DNA of 64,000 nucleotides, taken from the NCBI GenBank assembly GCA_016779005.1, contig JADHOL010000006.1, forward strand, positions 32,929 through 96,928, read 5' to 3'. Shown here one piece after another: positions 21,714 through 32,558 of the stretch. The translations under genes were made by a program, and so were the position numbers. The stretch's first letter is position 1; each line of letters starts with the position of its first letter. Origin of the DNA: Alphaproteobacteria bacterium. Its GTDB lineage: Bacteria > Pseudomonadota > Alphaproteobacteria > Puniceispirillales > Puniceispirillaceae. Below the pieces are notes generated by a model, which was not told the origin of the DNA, ran no database searches, and was given only the letters and a program-made list of their open reading frames with translations.

Positions 21714-23051
21714 ATGGATGACATAACAAAAAATATTATTATTCAGATGCTGGATACAGCAAAATCTGAAGGTGCTGATGCTGCTGAAGCAACATTGGTT
21801 AGAAATAAAGGTGTCGGTGTTGAAGTGCGCCTTGGCAAGTTTGAGTCTGTTGAACATGCAGAAGATTTCCAGATCGGATTACGCGTATTTACCGGCCAGC
21901 AATCTGCAAGCATTTCCACCGGCAAAGTTGACACAGATGCTGTAAGAGCGCTGTGTCAGAGAGCTGTTGCGATGGCACGTCTTGCGCCAGCAGATCCCTA
22001 TGCACGCCTTGCTTCCAAAGAAGAGCAAGCTGTTGAGCTACCAGATCTAGAGCTGTATGATCCCACTGAATTTACAGCCGAAACACTAACCGAAATGGCT
22101 CTTAAATGCGAAGAATCTGCACTTGGAATAGAAGGTATCACTAATTCCGAAGGTGCCTCTGCAGGGCAATCGACAGCTGAAATAGCGATTGCAACCAGCA
22201 CTGGATTTACCGGCGAATATGAGCGCTCGTCTTTTAGTATTTCAGCTGCTGTTATTGCTGAAAAAGATGGAAGAATGGAAACCGATTATGACTTTAGCTC
22301 TACTGTTTATGCTGAGGATCTGATTGATGCTGAAAAAATTGGGGCATCTGCTGGTCAGCGCACTATTAGCAGAGTTGGGGCTAGAAGTGCTTCAACAGGA
22401 CAATTCCCAGTTATATTTGACAGTCGCGTTTCCAAAAGCCTAACAGGTCATTTCGCAAGTGCTGTAAATGGTGCCAGCGTCGCTAGAGGGTCTAGTTTTC
22501 TGAAAGATAAAATGGGGCAAAAAATAGCGAGCAAATATATAACGCTAACAGATGATCCTTTGCGCCATCGCGGACTTGGATCCCGCAGGTTTGACGGCGA
22601 AACATTGCCCGTAAAAAAACAACACCTTATAGAGAATGGCGTATTGCAAAGCTGGCTGCTTGATTTAGCAAGTGCGGCACAATTAGGATTAATGCCAACT
22701 GGAAATGCAAGCAGATCGCTATCATCACCGCCCTCCCCTGGCACCTCTAACTGCTTTATTGAAAATGGGACTGTCTCTTTAGAGGATCTTATTGCTGATA
22801 TTAAGGACGGGTTTCTAGTAACCGAATTTATCGGCAGCTCGGTTAGCCTTACAACAGGAGATTACAGTCGGGGTGCATCAGGCTTCTGGATAGAAAATGG
22901 GGAGATCGCATACCCTGTAACTGAAGCTACCATTGCTGGAAATTTAAAAGAAATGTTTTTTGAATTAACACCTGCCAATGATATTGATCTTCGTTTTTCC
23001 ACATCAGCGCCCAGCATTCGTGTTGACGGTATGATGGTTGCTGGTGGATGA
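21714..23051 (+). CDS. pmbA: metalloprotease PmbA/TldE
   Basis: Family-level similarity. Start set at MDDITKNIIIQMLDTAKSEGADAAEA. Partner of tldD. Confidence 0.9.
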   Translation: MDDITKNIIIQMLDTAKSEGADAAEATLVRNKGVGVEVRLGKFESVEHAEDFQIGLRVFTGQQSASISTGKVDTDAVRALCQRAVAMARLAPADPYARLASKEEQAVELPDLELYDPTEFTAETLTEMALKCEESALGIEGITNSEGASAGQSTAEIAIATSTGFTGEYERSSFSISAAVIAEKDGRMETDYDFSSTVYAEDLIDAEKIGASAGQRTISRVGARSASTGQFPVIFDSRVSKSLTGHFASAVNGASVARGSSFLKDKMGQKIASKYITLTDDPLRHRGLGSRRFDGETLPVKKQHLIENGVLQSWLLDLASAAQLGLMPTGNASRSLSSPPSPGTSNCFIENGTVSLEDLIADIKDGFLVTEFIGSSVSLTTGDYSRGASGFWIENGEIAYPVTEATIAGNLKEMFFELTPANDIDLRFSTSAPSIRVDGMMVAGG

Positions 23052-23740
23052 TCGGCCCATTGCACAACACTCTTGACTACCCGCACAAAGCATCAAAATT
23101 CAAACGTTCTGGTTTAGCAGACTGGCTAGAGTTATATTTTCACGATCATGGGTTTCTAAGGATTGCTTTTCATAATCTGTATCAGATAGATAAAAATATG
23201 TGGCGGAGCAATCAGCCATCACCAAAGCAGATTGAAATTGCTCACAAAAATTTGGGAATAAAAACAATTTTGAATTTACGAGGACCTCGTGAATCTGGTG
23301 GCTGGCAATTAGAGGCTGAGGCTTGCGATAAAATGGGGATAGAACTTGTGAATTTCAGGGTTCGCTCCAGAGCAGCTCCTGAAACAGAAATGTTGCTGAA
23401 ACTACCTGAACTCTTCTCATCTATCCAGCACCCTACCCTACTTCATTGTAAATCAGGTGCCGACAGAGCAGGCTTAATGTCTGCACTCTATGTACTTATA
23501 GTTATGAAGCAACCCGCTATAGAGGCCTTAAAGCAGCTCTCATTTAAATATTTACATGTAAAGCAAGCTAAAACAGGGATCCTAGATGCTTTTATCGCAT
23601 CTTATATTCCGTTTGAGTCACAAGGCATGGAATTCATGCGCTGGGTAGAAGAAGTTTATGAGCCTGAAAAACTGGTACAGGAATTTAAAGCACAGCCACT
23701 AGCAACTCGCTTTGTTGATTCCATCCTAAAACGAGAATAA
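23048..23740 (+). CDS. protein-tyrosine/dual-specificity phosphatase family protein (CX5R)
   Basis: HCKSGADRAG P-loop signature. WRSNQP...GIKTILNLRG resembles atypical DSP/PFA-DSP-like phosphatases. ATGA overlap with the pmbA stop. Confidence 0.7.
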   Translation: MIGPLHNTLDYPHKASKFKRSGLADWLELYFHDHGFLRIAFHNLYQIDKNMWRSNQPSPKQIEIAHKNLGIKTILNLRGPRESGGWQLEAEACDKMGIELVNFRVRSRAAPETEMLLKLPELFSSIQHPTLLHCKSGADRAGLMSALYVLIVMKQPAIEALKQLSFKYLHVKQAKTGILDAFIASYIPFESQGMEFMRWVEEVYEPEKLVQEFKAQPLATRFVDSILKRE

Positions 23741-23783
23741 TCCCCCCGATAATATCCAAACAACCACCTATTATGATACTTTT

Positions 23784-25547
23784 TTACTTGGAGAATTGTT
23801 GCAGGGAAATCATTTTCGCATAGGCCCCTTTTTGCTCTAATAGACTTTCATGAGTGCCTGTTTCTATAATTTTGCCAGATGCCATAACATAAATCCTGTC
23901 TGCAGATTTAATCGTGGCAAGCCGATGTGCGATAATAAGGCTCGTGCGTCCCTGCTTTGATTGCTCTAATGCGTCTTGAACCAGCTGTTCTGATTGCGCA
24001 TCAAGTGCTGATGTTGCCTCATCCATTAATAAAATTGGAGCGTCTTTTAATATGGCTCTTGCAATTGCGATGCGTTGTCTCTGGCCACCAGAAAGAAGGT
24101 TTCCTTGCGGGCCAACATTTGTGTGATAGCCTTGCGGCAACGCTGTGATAAACCCATCTGCTGCCGCTTTTCTGGCAGCCTCAATAATATCCGTCTCGCG
24201 TGCATCTGGTTTGCCAAATCCAATATTTGCCATAACCGTATCATCAAACAAAATGGAATCCTGACTGATAAGCGCAATATGCGCGCGCAGACTATGAATA
24301 CTAATCTGCTTTATATTAAGTTTGTTGATAGAAATAATACCTTTGTCAGAATCAAAAAACCTGGGAATAAGGTTCATTATAGTAGTTTTTCCAGCACCAC
24401 TTTCACCTACCAGTGCGACCGTTTCGCCAGCTTTTATCGTAAATGTTATATCCTGCAATATAGGCGCGGTATCATATGAGAAAGATACATTTGAAAATTC
24501 AATTTCGGCTTTTTCTGCATTCAAATCTATCGCATTTTTATCTGACTGAATGTCAGGTTCAGTAGCAAGTAACTCAAGAGCTCTATTAGCAGCTGAGACC
24601 CCTTCTTGTGTAACCGCATTGAGCGTTCCAAGCGCCCTTACAGGCTGAACAAGCATTAGAAGCGCTGTTATAAAACCGAGTACATCGCCCACCAGCATTT
24701 CACCATTACTAACGCGCCAGCTTGCCACACCAACAACCCCCGCAATAGCAATCCCGCCCAAAACTTCCAACACAGGATCTATTCGAGCTCTGCCTGACAA
24801 TAAGGAGAGATAAGCAGATTTGAGTTTATCAAAACTCTGTGATGCTCTGAATTTCTGGGTATCTTCAAGCTCGAATGCCTTAATCATTCTGCTACCGCCA
24901 ATAATCTCAGATATAACCGAAGTCATCTCCTCCATAGTTATCTGCAAACGCTTTGCATGGCCGCGCTGTTTACGCCCGATACGCAAAATTGGTTGGAACG
25001 CGATAGGGTAAATTGCAAGCACCAAGACGGAAAGCCAAAAATCAAACCAAAATAGCATTCCAATCATTACAAGAATGGTCAGTGAGTCTCTTATTAGATT
25101 GTTGGATAATCTTACCACGGCCTCTTTTATAAGATTTACATCATTCATAATCCGAGAGATAAAAACACCAGATGAGTGCTGTGTTATAACACCAAGATCT
25201 GCGTTAATAAGATGGCTCATCATTTTAGTTTGCATTGCCGTTGCAATAGATTGTGCAAACCGATTTACGGTTATAATTTGCAAATACATTGCAACCGCTT
25301 TTATTAACGCAATGCAGATAATGCTGAGCGGAACAAGGGTTAGGAAATTATACTGAAAAATAGTTTCCTCACCTGCTAGGTGATTGAAAACTTGTTGTAT
25401 TATGGCAGGATAAACAGCGCCTGAAACGGCAACGATGACCATCAGAAAAATTGCAAAAGCAAACAAACCCGTAAACGGTTTTGCAAAAACCTTCCAGATT
25501 TCCTGTATAACTTCAAATGTTTTCTTTGATGCGTTTGTCATCACCAT
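23784..25547 (-). CDS. msbA: ABC transporter permease/ATPase, MsbA-like lipid A exporter
   Basis: Six-TM domain. Walker A GESGAGKTT, signature LSGGQRQR, Walker B ILLMDEATSALD. Divergent from the Kdo/lipid A genes. Confidence 0.85.
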   Translation of the reverse strand: MVMTNASKKTFEVIQEIWKVFAKPFTGLFAFAIFLMVIVAVSGAVYPAIIQQVFNHLAGEETIFQYNFLTLVPLSIICIALIKAVAMYLQIITVNRFAQSIATAMQTKMMSHLINADLGVITQHSSGVFISRIMNDVNLIKEAVVRLSNNLIRDSLTILVMIGMLFWFDFWLSVLVLAIYPIAFQPILRIGRKQRGHAKRLQITMEEMTSVISEIIGGSRMIKAFELEDTQKFRASQSFDKLKSAYLSLLSGRARIDPVLEVLGGIAIAGVVGVASWRVSNGEMLVGDVLGFITALLMLVQPVRALGTLNAVTQEGVSAANRALELLATEPDIQSDKNAIDLNAEKAEIEFSNVSFSYDTAPILQDITFTIKAGETVALVGESGAGKTTIMNLIPRFFDSDKGIISINKLNIKQISIHSLRAHIALISQDSILFDDTVMANIGFGKPDARETDIIEAARKAAADGFITALPQGYHTNVGPQGNLLSGGQRQRIAIARAILKDAPILLMDEATSALDAQSEQLVQDALEQSKQGRTSLIIAHRLATIKSADRIYVMASGKIIETGTHESLLEQKGAYAKMISLQQFSK

Positions 25548-25781
25548 CCTTCAATATAGAATGACATCTACTCTGGTTTACTCTGGTTTTTAATCACGTT
25601 ATTTTTGCTCGCTATTAGTGTCTTTTTATCACATTATGCGCAAATAATTTCTTTATTTATGCAAAAACCTCATTATGTCAGCAAATTGCGATATTTGTGA
25701 AGACGTGATAGAAAAATCTATGATAGTGGAATTGTTCCCCAGTTTCATGTAACTGCCAACCTTAGCTTTGTTGCCCCATAT

Positions 25782-26501
25782 ATGCTTAAAAAACTAAGCC
25801 ATTCCATGATAGGTCAAACGCTGTTCTCGCTTGTATTTGCGTGCATTATTTTTATTCTGGGGATAACCGTTAAATGGCGGCATGAAAACCGTCCTGTTTA
25901 TCAATTGCTAAAACAACATAAAAAGCCCTATATCATCATCTCTTGGCATGAACATATATTGGGTATGACTTGGAATCTGCCAAGACCTATTACAACGCTA
26001 AATTCGCCTCACTCAGATGGCAGAATACTTGGGAAAGCGGTTCAGATGGTTGGGCTTAACGTGGTCTGGGGCTCTTCTAACAAGCAAGCCCTTACTAGTC
26101 TTCGTCAGCTTGCCAAGGAACTTAAAAAAGGGCGCAATGTTGGGATTACGCCTGACGGGCCTCGCGGTCCAGCAAGAACACTTGCGATGGGCCCGATAGC
26201 ACTAGCCCATATGAGCGATATTGAAATTATTCCAGTGGTGTTTGCAGCTGATAGACAATGGCTTCTGAAAAGCTGGGATAGGACTAGGATCCCAAAACCT
26301 TTTAGTAACGCTATTATTTTATGGGGCGACCCGATTAGGCTTGAAATGCTAGATACGCAGAAGAGAACACAGATATCAAAACAATCTCTTGAGAATTGGC
26401 GTTGTCAAATTGAAGATAGATTAAATGCATTAACCCAACAATGTGATGAGCTCTGTGCTAATTCTTTTAAAACAAACTCCCGCAAAAAAAGGGCGCCATA
26501 G
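25782..26501 (+). CDS. DUF374-type lysophospholipid acyltransferase family protein
   Basis: N-terminal TM helix. GITPDGPRGP motif. Conserved position upstream of waaA. Confidence 0.75.
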   Translation: MLKKLSHSMIGQTLFSLVFACIIFILGITVKWRHENRPVYQLLKQHKKPYIIISWHEHILGMTWNLPRPITTLNSPHSDGRILGKAVQMVGLNVVWGSSNKQALTSLRQLAKELKKGRNVGITPDGPRGPARTLAMGPIALAHMSDIEIIPVVFAADRQWLLKSWDRTRIPKPFSNAIILWGDPIRLEMLDTQKRTQISKQSLENWRCQIEDRLNALTQQCDELCANSFKTNSRKKRAP

Positions 26502-26503
26502 AG

Positions 26504-27802
26504 ATGCACATCACCCCTTTTGCTTATCAGATTTTCTGGATTCTGCTGGAACCACTTATTCGCTTGTATTTGTATGTGCGCATTAGCCAGAAAAAAGAGG
26601 ATAAAACGCGTATAAAAGAGCGGTTTGGGCATGGGTATAAATCCAGCCGTCCTCACGGCACCTTAATCTGGTTGCACGCGGTATCTCTTGGCGAATCTAA
26701 CGCGGCTATTAATTTAGTTACACATTTTAAAGAGATGCGTTCTGAATGGCATTTCCTTATAACCACAAATACCATAACAGCGGCAGACCATATTGAGAAG
26801 AGTTGTGCCGGCATGCCTGTTACACATATATTCCAGCCATTAGACCACCCGCGATGGGTATCCAGCTTTTTAGAATATTGGAAACCAAATGGCGCTATAT
26901 TTTTGGAATCTGATTTCTGGTTTAATTTAGTCACTAATGCTAGCAAAAAACAGCTCCCCGTCATTTTTGCTTCAAGCCAAATATCACATATTGCAAAAGC
27001 CAGATGGCAGAAAAACCCGTCACTAGCAAGAAAGTTATTTTCCAGCCCATCCTTGATTTTAGCTATCGACGATAAACAGAAAAACAACTTCGAGGCATTA
27101 GCTAGCGATATTAAGAATAACAATAGTCAAACCTTAAAAATAGTCGGCTCCCTTAAAAGCAGAATTTCCAATAATGCATTAAATTCGGCTTATGAAAAAG
27201 CTTTGAGACACTATGCCAAACAATCTGGGTGCAGGTTTATACTGGCTGCCTCAACCCATAAGAATGAAGAACAGCTTATCGCCAAAGCTGTTGCCAAATT
27301 AAGCAATGCAGAGAAGTATCAATTGATATTTGCCCCGCGTCATCCACACAGAGCAGCAGAAATAATAAACCAACTAGGCATGATGCCACAACGCTCGCAA
27401 GGTGAATTGCCGCTCCGCCAAAACCCTTATTTTTTAAGTGATAGCTTTGGCGAAATGACAAGCTTGTATAATGTGGCAGATATCATAATAATCGGGGGAA
27501 GTTTTTTTTATTCTGGGGGTCATAATCCCATTGAGCCGGCACTTGCTGGAAAGCCCATGATTTGCGGTAAATCCATCTTTAATAACGAGGCTGATTATAT
27601 TGATTTAATAAAGGCTGGGATTATTCGCCAAATTGAGTCACATGAAACTCTTAATGAAACACTAGATGAAACATTAACTGAGATCCGACAATCCGATAAA
27701 GCAATGTTGCGGGCTATTATCAAAGGTCAGAAAATGGCTCAAGAGGCTTGCATGCGTCCTGCAAAAGCGGCACATTATATCATATCAACCATAGAGAAAT
27801 AA
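26504..27802 (+). CDS. waaA: 3-deoxy-D-manno-octulosonic acid transferase
   Basis: WLHAVSLGES N-terminal motif. 432 aa. Followed by lpxK. Confidence 0.9.
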   Translation: MHITPFAYQIFWILLEPLIRLYLYVRISQKKEDKTRIKERFGHGYKSSRPHGTLIWLHAVSLGESNAAINLVTHFKEMRSEWHFLITTNTITAADHIEKSCAGMPVTHIFQPLDHPRWVSSFLEYWKPNGAIFLESDFWFNLVTNASKKQLPVIFASSQISHIAKARWQKNPSLARKLFSSPSLILAIDDKQKNNFEALASDIKNNNSQTLKIVGSLKSRISNNALNSAYEKALRHYAKQSGCRFILAASTHKNEEQLIAKAVAKLSNAEKYQLIFAPRHPHRAAEIINQLGMMPQRSQGELPLRQNPYFLSDSFGEMTSLYNVADIIIIGGSFFYSGGHNPIEPALAGKPMICGKSIFNNEADYIDLIKAGIIRQIESHETLNETLDETLTEIRQSDKAMLRAIIKGQKMAQEACMRPAKAAHYIISTIEK

Positions 27803-27808
27803 TCTCAA

Positions 27809-28813
27809 ATGCCATTGAAAACACCGAAATTTTGGTCAGGACTAAACTGGCAATCCATTCTTTTATTTCCACTGAGTTATATATGGCGCCTTGGTCACTA
27901 CATAAACCAGAAAAATGCGCACCCTCAAAAAAGTGATATACCCGTAATTTGTGTTGGTAATCTTACTGTTGGAGGAAGTGGTAAAACGCCAGTTGTAATA
28001 ACACTATGCCGATTTTTGTCTGGCATTGGCAAGTCGCCATCTGTGTTAACGCGTGGATTTGGCGGGCGTGAGAAAGGGCCTGTTTTTGTAAATTCTAATC
28101 TTCATCAATCGGTAGATGTTGGGGATGAGCCTTTAATGATGTCAAATTCAAATACGGTTTGTGTAAGCCGCAATAGACCCGCTGGTGCTGCTTTTATTTC
28201 ATCCGATAAAGAACTTGATTGTGTTGTAATGGATGATGGCCTGCAAAACCCAACCTTAGAAAAAAATCTAAAGATTGCTGTTTTCGATGGGAAATTTGGG
28301 ATTGGAAATGGTCTTTTATTACCAGCAGGGCCAATGCGGGAGACGTTAGATGATGGATTAAAAAACGTAGATATGGTTATTTTTAATGGAGAGGATGAAA
28401 CAGGCTTAACACAAAAAATTCCGTCACATATTCCCATATTTACAGGCGAGCTTCGCCCAGATGATGAGATTATCGAACATCTGAAAGGCAGACCTGTTTA
28501 CGGCTTTGCAGGCATTGGAAATCCTTCTCGTTTTTTCAAAACGCTTCAAAATATCGAAGCTGATATTGTTGGTGAAGCCCATTTTGCAGATCACCATCCC
28601 TATACCGATACTGATATGTCACAATTATATGAGGACGCAAATCAAGCTGGCTCCGAGCTTGTTACCACTCAAAAGGACTGGATGAGATTGCCTGCAGAGT
28701 GGCGAGAGCGGGTATTGACTGTGCCTGTAAGAATTCATTTCTCTTCAGCTGATTCTATAAAAATAGTGTCCCTTCTGGAGACCACATTTAAAAATGTCCT
28801 TTCATCGCAATAA
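27809..28813 (+). CDS. lpxK: tetraacyldisaccharide 4'-kinase
   Basis: P-loop VGNLTVGGSGKTP. SRGFGG-like motif TRGFGG. Confidence 0.9.
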   Translation: MPLKTPKFWSGLNWQSILLFPLSYIWRLGHYINQKNAHPQKSDIPVICVGNLTVGGSGKTPVVITLCRFLSGIGKSPSVLTRGFGGREKGPVFVNSNLHQSVDVGDEPLMMSNSNTVCVSRNRPAGAAFISSDKELDCVVMDDGLQNPTLEKNLKIAVFDGKFGIGNGLLLPAGPMRETLDDGLKNVDMVIFNGEDETGLTQKIPSHIPIFTGELRPDDEIIEHLKGRPVYGFAGIGNPSRFFKTLQNIEADIVGEAHFADHHPYTDTDMSQLYEDANQAGSELVTTQKDWMRLPAEWRERVLTVPVRIHFSSADSIKIVSLLETTFKNVLSSQ

Positions 28814-29696
28814 TAATCTAAAGCAGTTTTTAATTCGGTATATAAGCTGGCCTATCGAGGCGGTATTTTTGTTTTTTGCGCTTCTTATTTTGCGCCTAAT
28901 TCCAATTGATATTGCCAGTGTTTCTACAGGGTGGCTTGGCTCAAAAATCGGTCCCCATACAAGCTGGCATAAGCGCGCAAATGCTAATTTAAGGCTTGCT
29001 ATGCCAGAGCTTACAGAACAAAAACGCCTTGAGATATTAACTGGCATGTGGTGGAATCTTGGTCGCAATATAGGGGAGTTTCCACATACGCTCACTTTAA
29101 TGAATTCACCTAGCCGGGTTAAGATTGAAGGCTTGGATAAAATTTCAGCGTGCGAGCAGGGTAGTATTATTATCGGCTCACATCTGGCAAATTGGGAGGT
29201 CGTGCCAACAACCCTTAAACGACTTAACCGAAAATCAGGTATCGTCTATCGCCCTCTTAATAATCCGGTTGCAGATTTTCTGATTCAAAAACGCCAGAGA
29301 TATTTAAATGCTGAGTTTTTTCTAAAAGGCCGTGAAGGTGCCAAAGGAATGCTTGCGACTATTAAGGCAAATGGAATTATTGCGTTATTAATTGACCAGC
29401 AACTTCGTGAGGGGCGTATGGTTCCATTTTTTGGAGTGCCTGTAAAAACACCTGTCGCCCATATAAAAATCGCTGCCAAACAACAAATAAAACTCTTTCC
29501 GCTTGAGACCATCCGAATCAAAGGCGCTTACTATAAAATGATTGTTCACGAGCCAATTTCGGTAAGCAAAACAGCTTCGGATGACGAAATACTCGCCATC
29601 GCCTTGCAGATTAATAAATTATTAGAAAGCTGGATAAAAGAGCGACCAGAACAATGGTTATGGCCTCATCGGCGCTGGGGAAGAATTAAAGGCTAG
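28794..29696 (+). CDS. lipid A biosynthesis lauroyl/myristoyl acyltransferase family protein
   Basis: LpxL/HtrB-like architecture (N-terminal TM helix, HLANWE motif, PEQWLWPHRRW tail). 20-nt overlap with lpxK. Confidence 0.8.
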   Translation: MSFHRNNNLKQFLIRYISWPIEAVFLFFALLILRLIPIDIASVSTGWLGSKIGPHTSWHKRANANLRLAMPELTEQKRLEILTGMWWNLGRNIGEFPHTLTLMNSPSRVKIEGLDKISACEQGSIIIGSHLANWEVVPTTLKRLNRKSGIVYRPLNNPVADFLIQKRQRYLNAEFFLKGREGAKGMLATIKANGIIALLIDQQLREGRMVPFFGVPVKTPVAHIKIAAKQQIKLFPLETIRIKGAYYKMIVHEPISVSKTASDDEILAIALQINKLLESWIKERPEQWLWPHRRWGRIKG

Positions 29697-31165
29697 AACA
29701 ATTTGGGTTGTGTGGTTTTTGCGTTATCATCTGCTGAAACTTTTTTAGGTTGCGTTTGATTCTGCCGTGAGGCATTGGCTTTTGCGCTACCATCTGAAAT
29801 CTTCTCAGGGTCGAGCTGTGCGTGTCTTGTTGCATCAAAAAACTGCAAATTTATAAGTGCACCAGTCGCTGCATCCTGTGATTGCTTTATCGGATTTCCA
29901 TCTAAATCCGTTACAAGCACAAACCCTTTTTCTAAAACCCGCTTGAATGAGAAAGCATTTAGCAATTGTTCGTATCTTAAGATTGTCTGCTCTGAGTTTG
30001 AAAGCTTTTTGTCTATTTGCGCGCGCATGCGCTCATTTGCGGCGATAATCCGGGTTTGAATATCCCCTAATTTTTGAATTGGGGTTGGCAATCGCTGAAA
30101 CAAGCTTGCTAGCTTTTGTTGTTTATTACTCAGAATGTTTTGCACATTTTTTTCAATTTTTTCATTTAATATATCTATTCTCTGACTAAGTTGATTAATC
30201 TGGTCAGAGGGGTTTATCAGCCCCCGAAATGCGGCGGTAAGCTGATTATCTTTAAAATTAAATTTTCTATCCAAGGCACGGCTGGCTCTGGAATTAAGTT
30301 CTGATATTCGGGCAACCAGTTCTGTTAATACTGGTGTTGCCATTTCTGCCGCAGCAGTTGGGGTTGGCGCTCTTTTATCGGATACATAGTCTATTAGCGT
30401 TGTATCTGTTTCATGCCCAACAGCAGAGATAACCGCTATCTTACTCTCAAACACAGCTCTTACAACGATTTCCTCATTAAAACACCACAGATCTTCAAGC
30501 GATCCACCGCCGCGCGCAACAATAATAAGGTCTGGTTTTGGCACGTGCCCATCCTCGCGCATTTGATTAAATGCGTTTATGGCATGTGCGATATGCTGTT
30601 CTGCGCCCCTACCTTGAACAGGGACTGGCGCTACCAAAACACGGGTGCCAAAACGTTCTGACAATCGATGAAGTATATCTCTTATGACAGCACCTATCGG
30701 AGATGTTACAACGCCTATAACAGACGGCAGATAGGGAATTTCCTGCTTGCGATCTTCAGAAAATAACCCTTCTGCTTGAAGTCGTTGCCTTAGAGCTTCA
30801 AGCTGTTTTAACAATGCGCCTTCACCTGCAAATTCAATTTGAGTAACATTGAGCTGATAGCGTGACTGACCTGCAAAAGTTGTTAATTTTCCGGTGCAAA
30901 TTACATCCATGCCCTCTTCTGGTTGAATATTTATTTGGCTGAGCTGTCCTTTCCAAATAACCGAAGCAAGTGTTACATTCGCATCTTTTAAGCTGAAATA
31001 TATATGCCCAGAGCCAGGAAAAGCAGGCTTGGAGATTTCACCGCGAACTCTTACAAACTCGAAATTGGACTCAATAGCGCGTTTAACCGCATTTGATAAA
31101 TCAGCAACCGAATATATAGGCTGGTTTGAAAGACTGTCTGATTGTGAGGGAATAAGGTTTGTCAT
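29693..31165 (-). CDS. xseA: exodeoxyribonuclease VII large subunit
   Basis: N-terminal OB fold (VRVRGEIS), AVGHETD motif and a coiled-coil C-terminal half. Confidence 0.92.
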   Translation of the reverse strand: MTNLIPSQSDSLSNQPIYSVADLSNAVKRAIESNFEFVRVRGEISKPAFPGSGHIYFSLKDANVTLASVIWKGQLSQINIQPEEGMDVICTGKLTTFAGQSRYQLNVTQIEFAGEGALLKQLEALRQRLQAEGLFSEDRKQEIPYLPSVIGVVTSPIGAVIRDILHRLSERFGTRVLVAPVPVQGRGAEQHIAHAINAFNQMREDGHVPKPDLIIVARGGGSLEDLWCFNEEIVVRAVFESKIAVISAVGHETDTTLIDYVSDKRAPTPTAAAEMATPVLTELVARISELNSRASRALDRKFNFKDNQLTAAFRGLINPSDQINQLSQRIDILNEKIEKNVQNILSNKQQKLASLFQRLPTPIQKLGDIQTRIIAANERMRAQIDKKLSNSEQTILRYEQLLNAFSFKRVLEKGFVLVTDLDGNPIKQSQDAATGALINLQFFDATRHAQLDPEKISDGSAKANASRQNQTQPKKVSADDNAKTTQPKLF

Positions 31166-31298
31166 TTGAAATCCATTGTTCTGGCACTCTATTTATGGCA
31201 CAGATATATCCTCAAAGACAACGGGTGCGTTATCTATAATATACCCCAACTTTACAAGGTAGACACCTTTTTTGGGGTAATCTTTTGGACGGCTAGGT

Positions 31299-32558
31299 AT
31301 GAATATATTAATTATTGGAGGCGGCGGGCGAGAACATGCACTTGCGCGCGCAATTTCAACATCACAAAAATGTACGCAATTATATGCAGCGCCGGGAAAT
31401 CCCGGAATATCCCAATTTGCTACCTGTCTTGAGAGTTCTTCTGATAACCCCCAAGCCATCATTCAAGAATGTCAAAAACGGAAAATAGAACTTGTTGTGA
31501 TAGGGCCTGAAGTACCATTGGTTTCTGGTCTTGCCGATGCATTGCGTAATCACAATATAGCAGCTTTTGGACCAAGTGCTGCCGCCGCCAAATTAGAAGG
31601 TTCCAAATATTTTGCACGTGATTTTTGTAAGCGTTATCACATACCCCAGCCTGCCTATGAGCGTTTTACAGACATTCAGAAGGCTAAAGAATATGCCCGT
31701 TTAATTGGCCCTCAATCTGTTATAAAGGCAGATGGTCTTGCCGCTGGCAAAGGGGTTGTGGTATGTAATACGACAAAACAAGCTTTTGATGCTATTGATA
31801 TGATGCTCGAAGGCGGTTTTGGCGATGCCAGTCAAACCATCTTAGTGGAAGCCTGTATCACAGGGCCTGAGCTATCTGCATTTGCACTTGTCGATGGAGA
31901 AGACGTTATTTGGCTGGCAAGTGCGCGTGACCACAAACGGGCATTTGATGGAAATGAGGGTCCAAATACGGGCGGTATGGGCGCTGCAAGCCCCTCTCCA
32001 GACGAGACTGATAGTTTGCGCAAGGATATTTTAGAGAATATATTAAAGCCGACAGCAAAAGGCATGGTTGCAGATGGCACGCCCTATACAGGGATATTAT
32101 ATGCAGGGCTAATGCTTACAGATGAAGGCCCGCAGGTAATAGAATTTAATTGTCGGTTTGGCGATCCAGAAGCTCAAACTATCCTGCCACGTCTGGAAAG
32201 TGACTTGCTTGAGATAATCATATCGCATTGCAATCAAAAACAACAAGAAGCACAGATTATTTTCAGCCCTGATATTGCAATAACAGTTATCATGGCTAAT
32301 AAGGGATATCCTGGCAGCTATCAGCCAGATTCAATTATCAAACAGTTAGATACACTCTCACTAGAATCAGACAGATTTATTTATCATTCAGGCACACGAA
32401 GAAATGAGCAAGGCGATATCATTGCATCAGGCGGGCGTGTTTTAAGCATTACCGCAACTGCTAAGACTTATCGTGAGGCTCGCGAGAAAGCATATGATAC
32501 GGTATCCCAAATAAAATGGGAAAACGGTTTTTACCGAACAGATATTGGTGTTTTCTAG
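31299..32558 (+). CDS. purD: phosphoribosylamine-glycine ligase
   Basis: [17 protein letters not shown]-terminus, ATP-grasp body, GGRVL motif. Confidence 0.96.
   Translation: MNILIIGGGGREHALARAISTSQKCTQLYAAPGNPGISQFATCLESSSDNPQAIIQECQKRKIELVVIGPEVPLVSGLADALRNHNIAAFGPSAAAAKLEGSKYFARDFCKRYHIPQPAYERFTDIQKAKEYARLIGPQSVIKADGLAAGKGVVVCNTTKQAFDAIDMMLEGGFGDASQTILVEACITGPELSAFALVDGEDVIWLASARDHKRAFDGNEGPNTGGMGAASPSPDETDSLRKDILENILKPTAKGMVADGTPYTGILYAGLMLTDEGPQVIEFNCRFGDPEAQTILPRLESDLLEIIISHCNQKQQEAQIIFSPDIAITVIMANKGYPGSYQPDSIIKQLDTLSLESDRFIYHSGTRRNEQGDIIASGGRVLSITATAKTYREAREKAYDTVSQIKWENGFYRTDIGVF

Noticed and set aside
21585-21857. Apparent 270-nt overlap of divergent argC and pmbA ORFs
   Set aside because: It is an artefact of taking the longest ORFs. 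Conserved N-termini (MKKNLVFIDGSAGTTG for argC at 21638, MDDITKNII for pmbA at 21714) leave a normal 75-bp divergent spacer.
26653-27123. 156-aa ORF antisense to waaA
   Set aside because: It lies fully within the well-supported Kdo transferase gene, with no motif or RBS support. The same reasoning applies to 24075-24479 (antisense to msbA) and 10694-11050 (antisense to ctaE).
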